Source: PVC group bacterium (GTDB lineage: Bacteria > Omnitrophota > Gorgyraeia > B26-G9). From it: 64,000 bases of DNA. The notes under the pieces were generated by a model. It had not been told where the DNA came from. It did not search any database and was given only the letters and a program-made list of their open reading frames with translations. The translations under genes and the position numbers were made by a program. Below are positions 26,547 through 36,721 of the stretch, in pieces; within the stretch, counting starts at the first letter, position 1; each line of letters begins with the position of its first letter. The DNA is taken from the NCBI GenBank assembly GCA_024231215.1, contig JAAEQR010000142.1, positions 36,593 to 100,592 on the forward strand. The letters run 5' to 3'.

Positions 26547-29500
26547 AAATCTTACGTTATTATACCCTTGCAGTTGTTTTTTGTTTCTTAGCAAATGTGA
26601 TCCTGTCAGTACCCGGTGCTAATGCCCAAACCCATGATGAGCTTTTAGATAGCGGGCTTAGCCAGGAAGTGTTACAAGGCTTATTCAATTCTAATGAGCC
26701 GATCAGTAATCAAAGTGACGCTGCCAATCTTTCCCAGAGTGAAATTGCACCGCCCCCTTTAGTTATCACTACATCCGGTGGTGACATTTATCTACTTCAA
26801 GGTGATGGTGTTAAAGCCAAGATGAAGATAGATCAGCAAGGCACTTTAGAAACAACCTATTCTCTTGACGGTGCTGACTACAAAATGATCAATGAGTTTG
26901 GTGAAGAATTTCATTATGAATACTCCCCGGACGGACAAACAGTACAAATTCTAAATGCCAATAACGAAGTTGTTGGAGAACACTCATTTGAATTGGGCAA
27001 AGCAACCGCATTTTCCGCCCAGGGCAAAATAACTTACCAATATTCTGATGATGGACTTAATCGCTTAGTGACCTCCACAGATGAATGGGGCAATGTTACT
27101 CATTATGACGACTTAAGCCGTCCCACAACAATTACAGACACAGATGGCAACGTTGTCGGAGAATACAAGTTTGATTCTAAGGGTCGGATGCAATCTTTTA
27201 CCGATCGTACCGGAAATGTCACAGTTTTTAATTCCGACGGAATCCGTCCTTTATATACTAAAAATGCACAAGGCACAAAAACTCAGGAATACCGTTATGA
27301 TAGCGACGGACATCTTGACGCGGTAATGAATATTACCAATGGACAAATAACCGAAGTAGAAAATGGATATTACACAGTAACTTATGATACAGTTGAAGTG
27401 CTCAATGATGACGGCACTGTAATGACTGATGAAAACGGTGAAGCAGTACTTGAATATGTTGCAGTCGGCGTATATTCTTATGATACGGCTGGAAATGTAG
27501 AATCTGTTAGCGATCTTGGAATGGGAGGAGTAATTACAGGCTTTACAGAGTATGATGATTACGGAAGAGTTTGTGCTTCCTATAATGCTGAAGGCACTAA
27601 GGTTCAAGAATACAAATATAATGAACATGGTTTCTTGGAAATGACTATATCACTGGGAGCAGTTGATCCATTGGCTGGAGAGCAAACTGTTTTAACTTAT
27701 ACAATATTTGACGGTAATGGTCGTCCAAGTGAAGTATGGCAGCTTGGTGATGGGGAAAACGACAAGATAAAAATCCAAGAATACGTGTATAAAGAAAATG
27801 GTCTTCTGGATATAACCGTTTCTTATGGTATAGAACGGGATGATCAAGGAAATGCAGTACTTAATGATGCCGGAAACTACATTTATTTTGAAACATCAAA
27901 AACTGTTTATGATAAAAAAGGCCGTCCTGAAGCTGTATATGGGATGGTTCGCAATGAAGCTAGCGAATTAGTTGTAGATAGCGATGGAAAACCGGTGCTG
28001 GAGATACAGCAAAAGTACGTCTATAATAAGGAAGGTTTTTTATCTAAAACGATATCTTACGGATTTAACGGTGCAAAAACAGGAGAAACAGTATTTGACG
28101 CATACAGCCGTCCGGTAGAATCTTATAATAGCACCGGGGCTTTAACCCAAACCTATACTTATCGTGAAGACGGTTTCTTAGCTCAAACTTCCAATTATGG
28201 AGACGCGGGAACATTAACCGGATATACACTATATGATGCAAAGGGCAAACCTACCGATGTATTTAATCATGAAGGCAGTCTTGTCCAAAAATATATATAT
28301 GATGAAAATGGTTCAATGATAATGAGCTTAAGCTTATCTTCCGAAGAAGGTGTGAATGACTTAATAGCTGCTACAATTCAGGATAAAACTGCCATTGCTG
28401 ATCTATGGAATAGCGATTGGGATTCAACTTATGACTTTCTTGATCCTGACAATAAGCTTACTTCAGAATATTTAACTTCTGTTGCATGGACAGCTTTAGC
28501 TGACGGTGATATTGAAAAAGCAAAAGCATTTACATTAAAATGCATCCAGACTTTTTCAGGAGAAGCTTTGTCTCAGCAAAAAAGTTTAGATGAACTACCA
28601 ACCGGGCCTGGAATTTCCCAAAATTGGGCCGTAAATGATGTTGGTACTTGTTATAATATTCTAGGTTTGGCTTTAGAGGAAGAAGGCGCTGTTGATGCCG
28701 CAGTAAGCGCATATAAAATACAAGCTTCTGATTTTGGCTATGCACAGGCCTATGACCCGGCAGAAGGCAGCTATTGGCTGGTAAGCGACGGGTCTAAAAA
28801 ACAGTTAGGAGAACTAAACGTAGAAACATCTGTTGTAACTGGATACACTATGTTTGGTGGAGACTCAAAACCAGTTGCTTCATATCAGTTTTATGAAAAA
28901 TTCGATGAGAATGGAGTAAGCCTTGGTGTGCAGGCAACAAAAGTGCAGGAATATGTATACTCCTATGAAGGTAAAACAAAAAATAAGGAAACCGGAGAAT
29001 ATTCAATGGTAACAAAATACTCTGGTTTTGTGCAAAAAACCAGCAACTATGGAGATTTCGATGCTGATACCGGAGAGCAGGTCGTAACCGGTTATACTGT
29101 GTTTGATAAGCTTGGACGTCAACAAAAAACATATAACGACGAAGATCAAGCTGTTCAATCCTACCAATATTCAAATGAAGGTTTTTTAAAAAGCACTGTT
29201 AGTTATGGCCAAAATGGCGTAAGAACAGGAACTACTATTTTTGATAGCTATTCACGTCCAGTTGCCAGCTTCAATATGATGGGTACAAGTACTGGCAAGA
29301 TGCCTAAATCATTTATCCAGGCTCTTAGTAATGGATTAACTAACGAAGAATTAAGTTCTCAAGAATGGCAGCCTTACTTAAAAGGCCTCAGTCAAACCTT
29401 TGAATACGGTAGTGATGGATTCTTAAGCAGCAGCAAATCTTATGGAGAAGCCATAGAAATCAAGGTTACTGATTTTGACGGATTTGCTTCATCTATGGGA

Positions 29501-32500
29501 TCCAGGAAAGGCGATGCTGAATATAAAGCTAAGTATGATTTCAACGAAGATGGAAGTATCAATACAGCAGATATGACTATCTTTAACGACGCCTTTTCCG
29601 GCATAATGGAATTCTCCGAGACTTATGGCTCTACATCAGACGGTCCTGGTCTTTACTTAGCGAAATATGATTATGACAGCGATGGAGATGTAGACAAAAC
29701 GGATCTAAGAGTATTCGCTAAGACATTTGAAAATACAGCAAAATACAGCCCTACCTGGACTGGAGTAACTCACTATGATAAATATGGGAAGGCTGACAAA
29801 GTAATCAATGTTATTACAGACGAGGATGGAAATCCGACTGAAGGTATTATGGTACAACAATATGAATATAATACCCGCGGTTTCATGGAAAAATCTGTTT
29901 CCTATGGAGTTGTAACAGACGATAATGGCACTATAATTATGGATGGAGATACTCCAATTGCCTTGGCCACTGGATACACATTGTTTGATGCTAAATCTCG
30001 GCCGGTATCTACATATAGTATTTATTCTTCTGCTACAACACAACCTCAAGAATCCAAAGTCCAGGATTATGTATATGAAGAAGGTTTTTTAGTTAAAACC
30101 GTCAACTATGGAGATATTGATGCAGAAACAGGTAATGCGGTAGAAACCGGATATACTGAATTTGATAGATATGGGCGTCAAACAGTATCGTATAATGAAT
30201 CCGATCAAAAAGTATCAACATTTAAATATTCTTCCCAGGGCTTTTTGAACGAAACATATAACTACGGAAAAAACGGAGCATTCCAGGGAAAAACAACATT
30301 TAATAAGAGTGGTCGCCCTGTAGAAGCCTACAACATGTATGCAAGTAGAAACGGCAAAGAAACCGGGTTGACTCAAAAATTTAACTACAATGAATATGGC
30401 CTTATGAGTCATAGTGAAACTTTTGGAGAAAACCAGACTCTAACCGGAACAACGTATTATAATGGTTATGGAAAAGGTTTACGGGTAGAAAACGAAAAAG
30501 GCTTTGTTATTTCCTCTTATCATTATAACGAACGCGGTTTTATGGAAAAAACACAAAGTCTTGCTTTTGTAGAAGTAACTGACCCGGAAGAGATCGCACA
30601 GCTTCAAGACAGCGGACTGTATGTAGAAATCACAACAACAGACGATAGTACTAATGAAACAGTAACAGCCGGCGGATTTTACGCAGTAACCGGTCATACA
30701 GAATTCGACGCATATTCACGTCCCACAGACTCCTACCAATGCTACTGGGATACTCAAGGGGAAGGTGAAAGAGTTAAAGTTCAGGAATACAAGTACGAAG
30801 ATGGCTTCTTAGTAGAAACTATAACTTTAGGCAGACCGGATGAAACAGGAGCTCAACAGCAAACAGGCCGTACTGAATTTGACAAGTATGGACGTCAGGT
30901 AGCATCATATAATGAATTTGATGAGCTTACAACAAAATACAAATACTCTACTCAAGGGTTTCTCTCAGGAACCAGCAACCATGGAGCACGTGGAGTTATT
31001 ACCGGTAAAACTGAAATCGGAGCTTTAGGAAAACCAACTGGAGCTTATAATCAAAAAGGAACCTTAGTTCAGTCTTTCAACTATGATAGTGTTACCGGTC
31101 AATTAACCGGAAGCACATCTTATGGAGAACCTGATGCCGAAACCGGAAATCCTACATTAACCGGTACTACTACATATGATGCCTATGGTAAAGCAACTGC
31201 AGCATATAATGATAAAGGAGCTCAAGTACAAAAATATGTATACGATAACCAGGGATTTATGTTAGAAACCGTTAGCCTGGGCGATGACATAGGACAAGGC
31301 CCGGTAGAAACAGGCCGAACAGTGTATGATCATGCCAGCCGGCCAATGGAATCTTATACTATCTCAGCTAGCGGAGTAGAAACTAAAGTTCAGGTATTTG
31401 TATACAATAGTGCAGTTAATTTATCTAATTATGAACAATATATTGCAAATCCAACTGATGCTCAGTTTGCAGAGACGGAAACCGGGTTCTTGACGACTAC
31501 ATTCAGTCATGGCAAAAATAACCACTTGGCTGGGTATACGAAGTTCAATAACTATGGACAACAAGAAGCATCATATAATGAGTTTGATGAGATGACTGTT
31601 GCATTCAAATATTCCAAGTCAGGCTTCATGACTGAATCCTGGAATTACACTATCAACAAAACTCGTACAGGTGTAACCTCATATAGTGCAACAGGAAGGC
31701 CAGACGCTTCATATAATGAAAAAGGCGCTGTAATCCAGGAATTCAATTACAATGACAATGGGTTTTTGGTATCTACAAACGGTTATGGAGATCTGGATGA
31801 AAACGGTGATCCTACATTAACACAAACCACACATTATGATGAATTTGGAAAACAAACACATAGCATGAATATAGATGGTGCTATTTCCCAAACTTTCCAT
31901 TATGATGATGCTGGTTTTCTTGAAAGATCAACCGGCTGGGCACAACGTGAAGATACTCCGGATACTCTTATCTGGTATGAAGTCTTAGATCAAGGATATG
32001 CCGTGGAAACTAGTTATACACTGTACAATGATGCATCCAGACCTTCTGAATCATACAGTGTATATGAAGGTGCCTCTGGAAAAACAGAAATGAAAACACA
32101 AGAGTTTATTTACAACACAGGCGTTGATGAAACCAATTATCAGGCATACATGGAAAATCCAGAAGCATTCAGCGAGACTGTAACCGGATTCATGACACAG
32201 TCTGTAACTTTCGCTCTAAATAACAGCAGTGTAGATGCGGAAGGAAATCTTGTATTTACCGATTCTTACTCACACGTAGATGAAGAAAGCGGTATTACTA
32301 CTGCCAATGAATTAGGCTCTGAAGTAATTGTCTCTGGGTTGACTTCGTACAATCGATATGGTCGTCCGGATACAACTTACAATCATGAGGGGCAAAAAGT
32401 TTCCGTAAGTAAGTACAATCAAAACGGTTTCCTGCAACAAACTGAAAATTACGGAGATAACGGTGCTATTACCGGTAAATTGCTATACAACGCAGCTGGC

Positions 32501-33427
32501 AGACCAACCGAAGCATTAAACCACAAAAACGTCAAAGTAACAGAATACTTCTATAACGATCAAGGTGGGTTAGACGTTACTTTAAACTACAACAATGGAA
32601 CTATAACCCAAAGAACAGAATATGACATATATTCTAAGGCAACAGCTTCTTACCAGCTTTTCTCAGGAAAAGAAGGTAACAAATTTGGAGAACAGCAGGG
32701 ATATCAATATGATGCCTCAGGAACCGCTAACTATGATGTAAATAATCCTACTGCACGTGGCAGCGGAACATTAACCCAGCAAAGTTACTATAATGAATTC
32801 GGGTTAATGAAGGCTTCTGTTACTTACGGAAGAAGTGGAAAAGAGACCAGTTATGTTGTATTCGATAAATATCAAAGACCAGTTGAAGTATATAACATAT
32901 CTCCTGATAATCAAAACGGTCGCGATACAATTTTGTCCAGCATCATTGTGCAAAGCGAAAACGTTTATACGGGAGAAGCTGCTGCTAACCTGGGATCAGC
33001 TAGAGTTCAAAGCTACAACTATAATGCAAATGGCTTTATGACCTCAACGATCTCTTATCAGAGATCAAAGGACTACGATGATCAGGGTAATCCGGTGGCT
33101 GACGGAACTTGGGAAAAAGAAACCTCAATCACTTACTATGCAAGTAACGGGCAACAAATAAACACATTCTTGCTAAAAGATGGGGTACAGGCTAATCTCG
33201 CAAAACCTGATCACACAGTCGGTGCAAAACAAGCTGAATACAAGTACAACACTAATGGGTTCTTAGACAGAGCCTATAATTATCAGGATAATTCTCAGAC
33301 AGGATACACCAAATATGATGATAGCGGAAGACAAACAACAAGCTACAATGATAAAGGCACTGCTGTCAATGCTTACTGGTATAATTCAAATGGGTTCTTG
33401 ATTGGTAGTACCTCGCTGGGACAGTAG
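26543..33427 (+). CDS. Giant secreted repeat protein (2,294 aa). Built from about 40 degenerate YD/RHS-like repeats with a central dockerin-like Ca-binding pair. Putative surface or extracellular protein.
   Basis: Signal peptide MKILRYYTLAVVFCFLANVILSVPGANAQ. Recurring unit of about 45 aa: TGYTxFDxYGRQxxSYNExDQxVxxYKYSxxGFLxxTxNYGxNG. Dockerin-like segments KYDFNEDGSINTADMTIFNDAF and KYDYDSDGDVDKTDLRVFAKTF. Cys-free and rich in G, Y, T and N. SD CAGGAGG precedes the ATG. Confidence 0.85.
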   Translation: MKILRYYTLAVVFCFLANVILSVPGANAQTHDELLDSGLSQEVLQGLFNSNEPISNQSDAANLSQSEIAPPPLVITTSGGDIYLLQGDGVKAKMKIDQQGTLETTYSLDGADYKMINEFGEEFHYEYSPDGQTVQILNANNEVVGEHSFELGKATAFSAQGKITYQYSDDGLNRLVTSTDEWGNVTHYDDLSRPTTITDTDGNVVGEYKFDSKGRMQSFTDRTGNVTVFNSDGIRPLYTKNAQGTKTQEYRYDSDGHLDAVMNITNGQITEVENGYYTVTYDTVEVLNDDGTVMTDENGEAVLEYVAVGVYSYDTAGNVESVSDLGMGGVITGFTEYDDYGRVCASYNAEGTKVQEYKYNEHGFLEMTISLGAVDPLAGEQTVLTYTIFDGNGRPSEVWQLGDGENDKIKIQEYVYKENGLLDITVSYGIERDDQGNAVLNDAGNYIYFETSKTVYDKKGRPEAVYGMVRNEASELVVDSDGKPVLEIQQKYVYNKEGFLSKTISYGFNGAKTGETVFDAYSRPVESYNSTGALTQTYTYREDGFLAQTSNYGDAGTLTGYTLYDAKGKPTDVFNHEGSLVQKYIYDENGSMIMSLSLSSEEGVNDLIAATIQDKTAIADLWNSDWDSTYDFLDPDNKLTSEYLTSVAWTALADGDIEKAKAFTLKCIQTFSGEALSQQKSLDELPTGPGISQNWAVNDVGTCYNILGLALEEEGAVDAAVSAYKIQASDFGYAQAYDPAEGSYWLVSDGSKKQLGELNVETSVVTGYTMFGGDSKPVASYQFYEKFDENGVSLGVQATKVQEYVYSYEGKTKNKETGEYSMVTKYSGFVQKTSNYGDFDADTGEQVVTGYTVFDKLGRQQKTYNDEDQAVQSYQYSNEGFLKSTVSYGQNGVRTGTTIFDSYSRPVASFNMMGTSTGKMPKSFIQALSNGLTNEELSSQEWQPYLKGLSQTFEYGSDGFLSSSKSYGEAIEIKVTDFDGFASSMGSRKGDAEYKAKYDFNEDGSINTADMTIFNDAFSGIMEFSETYGSTSDGPGLYLAKYDYDSDGDVDKTDLRVFAKTFENTAKYSPTWTGVTHYDKYGKADKVINVITDEDGNPTEGIMVQQYEYNTRGFMEKSVSYGVVTDDNGTIIMDGDTPIALATGYTLFDAKSRPVSTYSIYSSATTQPQESKVQDYVYEEGFLVKTVNYGDIDAETGNAVETGYTEFDRYGRQTVSYNESDQKVSTFKYSSQGFLNETYNYGKNGAFQGKTTFNKSGRPVEAYNMYASRNGKETGLTQKFNYNEYGLMSHSETFGENQTLTGTTYYNGYGKGLRVENEKGFVISSYHYNERGFMEKTQSLAFVEVTDPEEIAQLQDSGLYVEITTTDDSTNETVTAGGFYAVTGHTEFDAYSRPTDSYQCYWDTQGEGERVKVQEYKYEDGFLVETITLGRPDETGAQQQTGRTEFDKYGRQVASYNEFDELTTKYKYSTQGFLSGTSNHGARGVITGKTEIGALGKPTGAYNQKGTLVQSFNYDSVTGQLTGSTSYGEPDAETGNPTLTGTTTYDAYGKATAAYNDKGAQVQKYVYDNQGFMLETVSLGDDIGQGPVETGRTVYDHASRPMESYTISASGVETKVQVFVYNSAVNLSNYEQYIANPTDAQFAETETGFLTTTFSHGKNNHLAGYTKFNNYGQQEASYNEFDEMTVAFKYSKSGFMTESWNYTINKTRTGVTSYSATGRPDASYNEKGAVIQEFNYNDNGFLVSTNGYGDLDENGDPTLTQTTHYDEFGKQTHSMNIDGAISQTFHYDDAGFLERSTGWAQREDTPDTLIWYEVLDQGYAVETSYTLYNDASRPSESYSVYEGASGKTEMKTQEFIYNTGVDETNYQAYMENPEAFSETVTGFMTQSVTFALNNSSVDAEGNLVFTDSYSHVDEESGITTANELGSEVIVSGLTSYNRYGRPDTTYNHEGQKVSVSKYNQNGFLQQTENYGDNGAITGKLLYNAAGRPTEALNHKNVKVTEYFYNDQGGLDVTLNYNNGTITQRTEYDIYSKATASYQLFSGKEGNKFGEQQGYQYDASGTANYDVNNPTARGSGTLTQQSYYNEFGLMKASVTYGRSGKETSYVVFDKYQRPVEVYNISPDNQNGRDTILSSIIVQSENVYTGEAAANLGSARVQSYNYNANGFMTSTISYQRSKDYDDQGNPVADGTWEKETSITYYASNGQQINTFLLKDGVQANLAKPDHTVGAKQAEYKYNTNGFLDRAYNYQDNSQTGYTKYDDSGRQTTSYNDKGTAVNAYWYNSNGFLIGSTSLGQ

Positions 33428-33461
33428 GTATTACAATTAAAGATCCAGATGCAGCTGTTTT

Positions 33462-33498
33462 AGCAAAAGCCCCTTGGTAACCCCAAGGGGCTTTTGCT
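33462..33498 (+). terminator. Terminator hairpin after the giant gene
   Basis: AGCAAAAGCCCCTTGG-TAACC-CCAAGGGGCTTTTGCT is a perfect 16-bp stem. Confidence 0.6.
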
Positions 33499-33637
33499 AT
33501 ACAACATCCTAGCAGCAAGTTTTCCTTGAATTACTTGCTAACTTATTGTAAAATAATATCATTAATCACAGGATATATATTATTTAATAAGAAATCAACC
33601 CAAGCACGCTTAATGTGCATAAGTAAAGCACCTATAA

Positions 33638-34438
33638 ATGTTTATAAACTTTTTATCACAAAAAGACCTTTTTCTGATTGCCGGACCCTGCGTAATTGAG
33701 TCTGAAAAAATGTGTCTGGAACATGCAATGGTTATTAGTAAGCTCTGCAAACAACTGCATATTCCTTATATTTTTAAAGCCAGTTATGATAAAGCCAACC
33801 GAACTTCTATTGATTCTTTTCGCGGTTTGGGAATAAAAAAAGGATTATCTGTACTAAAAAAAATTAGGAAAAATCTACGAATTCCGGTTCTGAGCGATGT
33901 ACATAGTATAGAGGAGATCAAAAGCGTCGCAGAAGTCGTAGACATTATTCAAATCCCCGCCTTATTATGTCGACAAACAAACCTGATACTTGCTGCGGCA
34001 AAAACTAAAAAAATAATTAATATAAAAAAAGGGCAATTTATGGCCCCTTTTGATATGCTCTCTGTAATAAAAAAAGTTGAAAGCACCGGCAATAAAAAAA
34101 TACTTCTTACGGAAAGAGGAACGTGTTTCGGATATAATAATCTGGTCAGTGACATGAGAGCTATCCCCATAATGAAAAAAACCGGATATCCTGTTATTTT
34201 TGATGCTACCCATAGTGTTCAATTACCCGGCGCTGGTCGAGGCAAATCCTCCGGAAAAAGAGAGTTTGTCGAACCTCTAGCATTAAGTGCGATTGCCGCT
34301 GGAAGTAATGGGTTGTTTCTAGAAGCACATAAAACTCCGCAAAAAGCACTTTGTGATGGTCCTAATATGGTTGATTTTAAACTATTGGAACGTATATTGA
34401 AAAAAGCTAAACAAATCAGAAAGATAATAAATGGGTGA
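33638..34438 (+). CDS. kdsA: 3-deoxy-8-phosphooctulonate (KDO-8-P) synthase
   Basis: DLFLIAGPCVIESE and the DAHP/KDO8P synthase TIM-barrel motifs VIFDATHSVQLPG. Confidence 0.9.
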   Translation: MFINFLSQKDLFLIAGPCVIESEKMCLEHAMVISKLCKQLHIPYIFKASYDKANRTSIDSFRGLGIKKGLSVLKKIRKNLRIPVLSDVHSIEEIKSVAEVVDIIQIPALLCRQTNLILAAAKTKKIINIKKGQFMAPFDMLSVIKKVESTGNKKILLTERGTCFGYNNLVSDMRAIPIMKKTGYPVIFDATHSVQLPGAGRGKSSGKREFVEPLALSAIAAGSNGLFLEAHKTPQKALCDGPNMVDFKLLERILKKAKQIRKIING

Positions 34439-35399
34439 GCAAAAATTTCAAAAAATAGCAAAACAGGTATTACGAACTGAAGCCAAAGCAATCACGGATC
34501 TCTTGCCCCGGATTGATAAAAAATTTGATAAGGCAGTTAACCTCATTTCCCTTTGCAATGGTCGGATTGTAATAACAGGCATGGGCAAACCAGGAATAAT
34601 CGGAGCAAAAATTTCAGCAACCTTAGCAAGTCTGGGCGTACCTAGTTTATTTCTTCACCCAGCAGATGCAGTGCACGGCGATCTAGGCAGAGTAACAAAA
34701 GAAGATATTGTAATTGCTATATCCAATAGCGGTCAAACCGAAGAAATTGTGCGTCTTTTACCCATAATTAAAAAAATTGGTTCTACGCTTATCTGTTTAA
34801 CGGGAAACCCTAAATCTCTACTTGCCCAGTATAGCGATATTACCCTGAATGTAGGGGTGAAAAAAGAAGCTTGTCCTTTTAATTTAGCCCCTACAGCCAG
34901 TACTACCGCAACCTTGGCGATGGGAGATGCGCTAGCATTGGCTGTTCTGATAAAAAGAGGATTTAAAATTGAAGATTATGCTTTTTACCATCCCGGAGGA
35001 AGCTTAGGCAAAAAATTATTACAAGTAAAAGATCTTATGAGAAAAGGCAAAGACAACCCTATTGTAAACGAAACAACTAAGGTTAAGACAGTTCTTCTCC
35101 ATATTACTAAATCCAGGGCCGGCTGTGCAGTTGTGGTTAATAAAAAACGAGAGCTTATCGGCATTTTTACCGATGGAGATTTGCGCAGGCACATTGAAAA
35201 TGAAGCCAATCTCCTAGAAAAAGATGTGAAATCTGTAATGACTAAAAATCCAATGGTAATAAATAAAGAAAAACTAGCGGTTGAAGCACTGAAAATATTA
35301 AAGGAAAGAAAAATCGATGAATTGCCAGTGGTAGATGATCGTAAGCATCCGGCCGGTCTTTTAGATGTACAAGATTTACTTAAAGCAGGTATAATATGA
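34431..35399 (+). CDS. kdsD: Arabinose-5-phosphate isomerase (SIS plus tandem CBS domains)
   Basis: SIS domain GRIVITGMGKPGIIGAKISATLASLG, then two CBS domains. Confidence 0.85.
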   Translation: MGEQKFQKIAKQVLRTEAKAITDLLPRIDKKFDKAVNLISLCNGRIVITGMGKPGIIGAKISATLASLGVPSLFLHPADAVHGDLGRVTKEDIVIAISNSGQTEEIVRLLPIIKKIGSTLICLTGNPKSLLAQYSDITLNVGVKKEACPFNLAPTASTTATLAMGDALALAVLIKRGFKIEDYAFYHPGGSLGKKLLQVKDLMRKGKDNPIVNETTKVKTVLLHITKSRAGCAVVVNKKRELIGIFTDGDLRRHIENEANLLEKDVKSVMTKNPMVINKEKLAVEALKILKERKIDELPVVDDRKHPAGLLDVQDLLKAGII

Positions 35400-35914
35400 T
35401 GAATCAAAAAGCAGAAAAGATAAAAATAGTAATTGTTGATGTGGACGGGGTGCTGACTAACGGAACAATTATCTATGGCAATTTTGGTGATGAATACCGC
35501 TCTTTTTCGGTACATGACGGCATGGGCTTTGCTTTGCTGCATCGAACAGGAATTAAATCGGCAATTATAACTGCTAAGTCATCAAGAGCAGTTAGCAAAA
35601 GAGCTAAGGAATTGAAAATAAATCTTGTTTTTAAAAACGTGAAAAATAAACTCTTAGTATTTAAAAAATTATTGAAGAGATTAAAGCTAAAGCCAGAAGA
35701 AGCCTGTTACATAGGGGATGATTTACTTGATCTTGCTACTATACAAGCAGCCGGGTTTTCAATAACAGTTCCTCAGGCATGTAAAGAAGTAAAAGAAGCA
35801 GCTCATTATATAACCCAGAAAAATGCCGGGGCAGGTGCTGTAAGAGAGGCAATTGAGCTTATTCTTAAAGCTCAGAGCAAATGGCCTGCACTGATCAAAA
35901 CCTTTGAAAGTTAA
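35396..35914 (+). CDS. kdsC: KDO-8-phosphate phosphatase (HAD superfamily)
   Basis: KIVIVDVDGVLTNG contains the DxDGV HAD motif I. YIGDDLLDL is the KdsC-type small HAD. Confidence 0.85.
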   Translation: MMNQKAEKIKIVIVDVDGVLTNGTIIYGNFGDEYRSFSVHDGMGFALLHRTGIKSAIITAKSSRAVSKRAKELKINLVFKNVKNKLLVFKKLLKRLKLKPEEACYIGDDLLDLATIQAAGFSITVPQACKEVKEAAHYITQKNAGAGAVREAIELILKAQSKWPALIKTFES

Positions 35915-35916
35915 AA

Positions 35917-36645
35917 ATGGAAGAACACCTTTTAAAAACAGATTCTTTAGAAAAATCATATCGTCACAGAAAAATTGTTGACTCAGTCAGTATTCACATA
36001 AAAAAGGCAGAAGTCGTAGGTTTGCTAGGTCCAAACGGTGCGGGAAAAACTACGACATTTTATATGATTGTTGGTCTAATTTCACCGGATAACGGAAAGA
36101 TTTTTTTTGATAATAAAGATATCACCCGAATGGCTATGTATAAACGAGCTCGTTGTGGTATTGGGTATTTATCTCAGGAACCATCGATTTTCAGAAAGCT
36201 GACTGTAGAAGAAAATATTATGGCAGTTCTACAAACTTTAAAGATAAATAAGGCTGAACGCAAAAGACGATTAGAACAACTATTAGAAGAATTAAAAATG
36301 ACCTCTCTGGCTAAAAGCCAGGCATTAACCCTTTCCGGGGGAGAACGCCGTAGGCTTGAAATTACTCGCTGCCTGGTCACCAACCCGTCATTCATTTTGC
36401 TCGATGAACCGTTCAGTGGAGTTGATCCTATAGCTGTCTTTGAAGTACAACAAATTATTGCCGATTTAAAAAAGAAAGGCTTAGGGATATTACTAACTGA
36501 TCATAATGTACGCGAAACACTAAGCATCACAGACCGAAGTTATATAATGACTCAGGGCAAAATCCTGATGTCCGGAACTGCCCAGGATTTAATAAGCAAT
36601 CCAGAAGCAAAAAAGATATACCTGGGTGAAAAATTTGTCATGTAA
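35917..36645 (+). CDS. lptB: LPS export ABC transporter ATP-binding protein
   Basis: Walker A GPNGAGKTT, ABC signature LSGGERRRLEI and Walker B ILLDEP. Adjacent to the kds genes. Confidence 0.85.
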   Translation: MEEHLLKTDSLEKSYRHRKIVDSVSIHIKKAEVVGLLGPNGAGKTTTFYMIVGLISPDNGKIFFDNKDITRMAMYKRARCGIGYLSQEPSIFRKLTVEENIMAVLQTLKINKAERKRRLEQLLEELKMTSLAKSQALTLSGGERRRLEITRCLVTNPSFILLDEPFSGVDPIAVFEVQQIIADLKKKGLGILLTDHNVRETLSITDRSYIMTQGKILMSGTAQDLISNPEAKKIYLGEKFVM

Positions 36646-36655
36646 GGTTATTATA

Positions 36656-36684
36656 TTGACCTTAAAACAATTTAATGATAGTAT
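36656..36684 (+). promoter_or_regulatory. Possible sigma70-type promoter (TTGACC-17 nt-TAGTAT) for the hpf-ptsN operon
   Basis: -35 TTGACC at 36656-36661, a 17-nt spacer, and -10 TAGTAT at 36679-36684. Confidence 0.3.
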
Positions 36685-36721
36685 TACAATATTATTCTAT
36701 TTGTGAGAGGAGGAAAGAGTT

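Noticed and set aside
27251-30697. Several minus-strand ORFs inside the giant gene (27251..27628, 28530..28745, 28848..29174, 29705..30049, 30215..30412, 30479..30697)
   Set aside because: Antisense to a long, uninterrupted, repeat-rich coding frame. Low-complexity Cys, Ile and Phe-rich translations typical of spurious antisense frames.
26543-33427. DNA-level tandem repeats or CRISPR-like periodicity inside the giant gene
   Set aside because: The periodicity is at the protein level, degenerate 45-aa units in one continuous frame. No direct nucleotide repeats with spacers, so this is not a CRISPR array or satellite.
34985-35542. Minus-strand 185-aa ORF across kdsD and kdsC
   Set aside because: Antisense to two conserved genes. 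Spurious.
36646-36721. rpoN between lptB and hpf
   Set aside because: Only 76 bp of non-coding sequence. There is no room for a sigma-54 gene.
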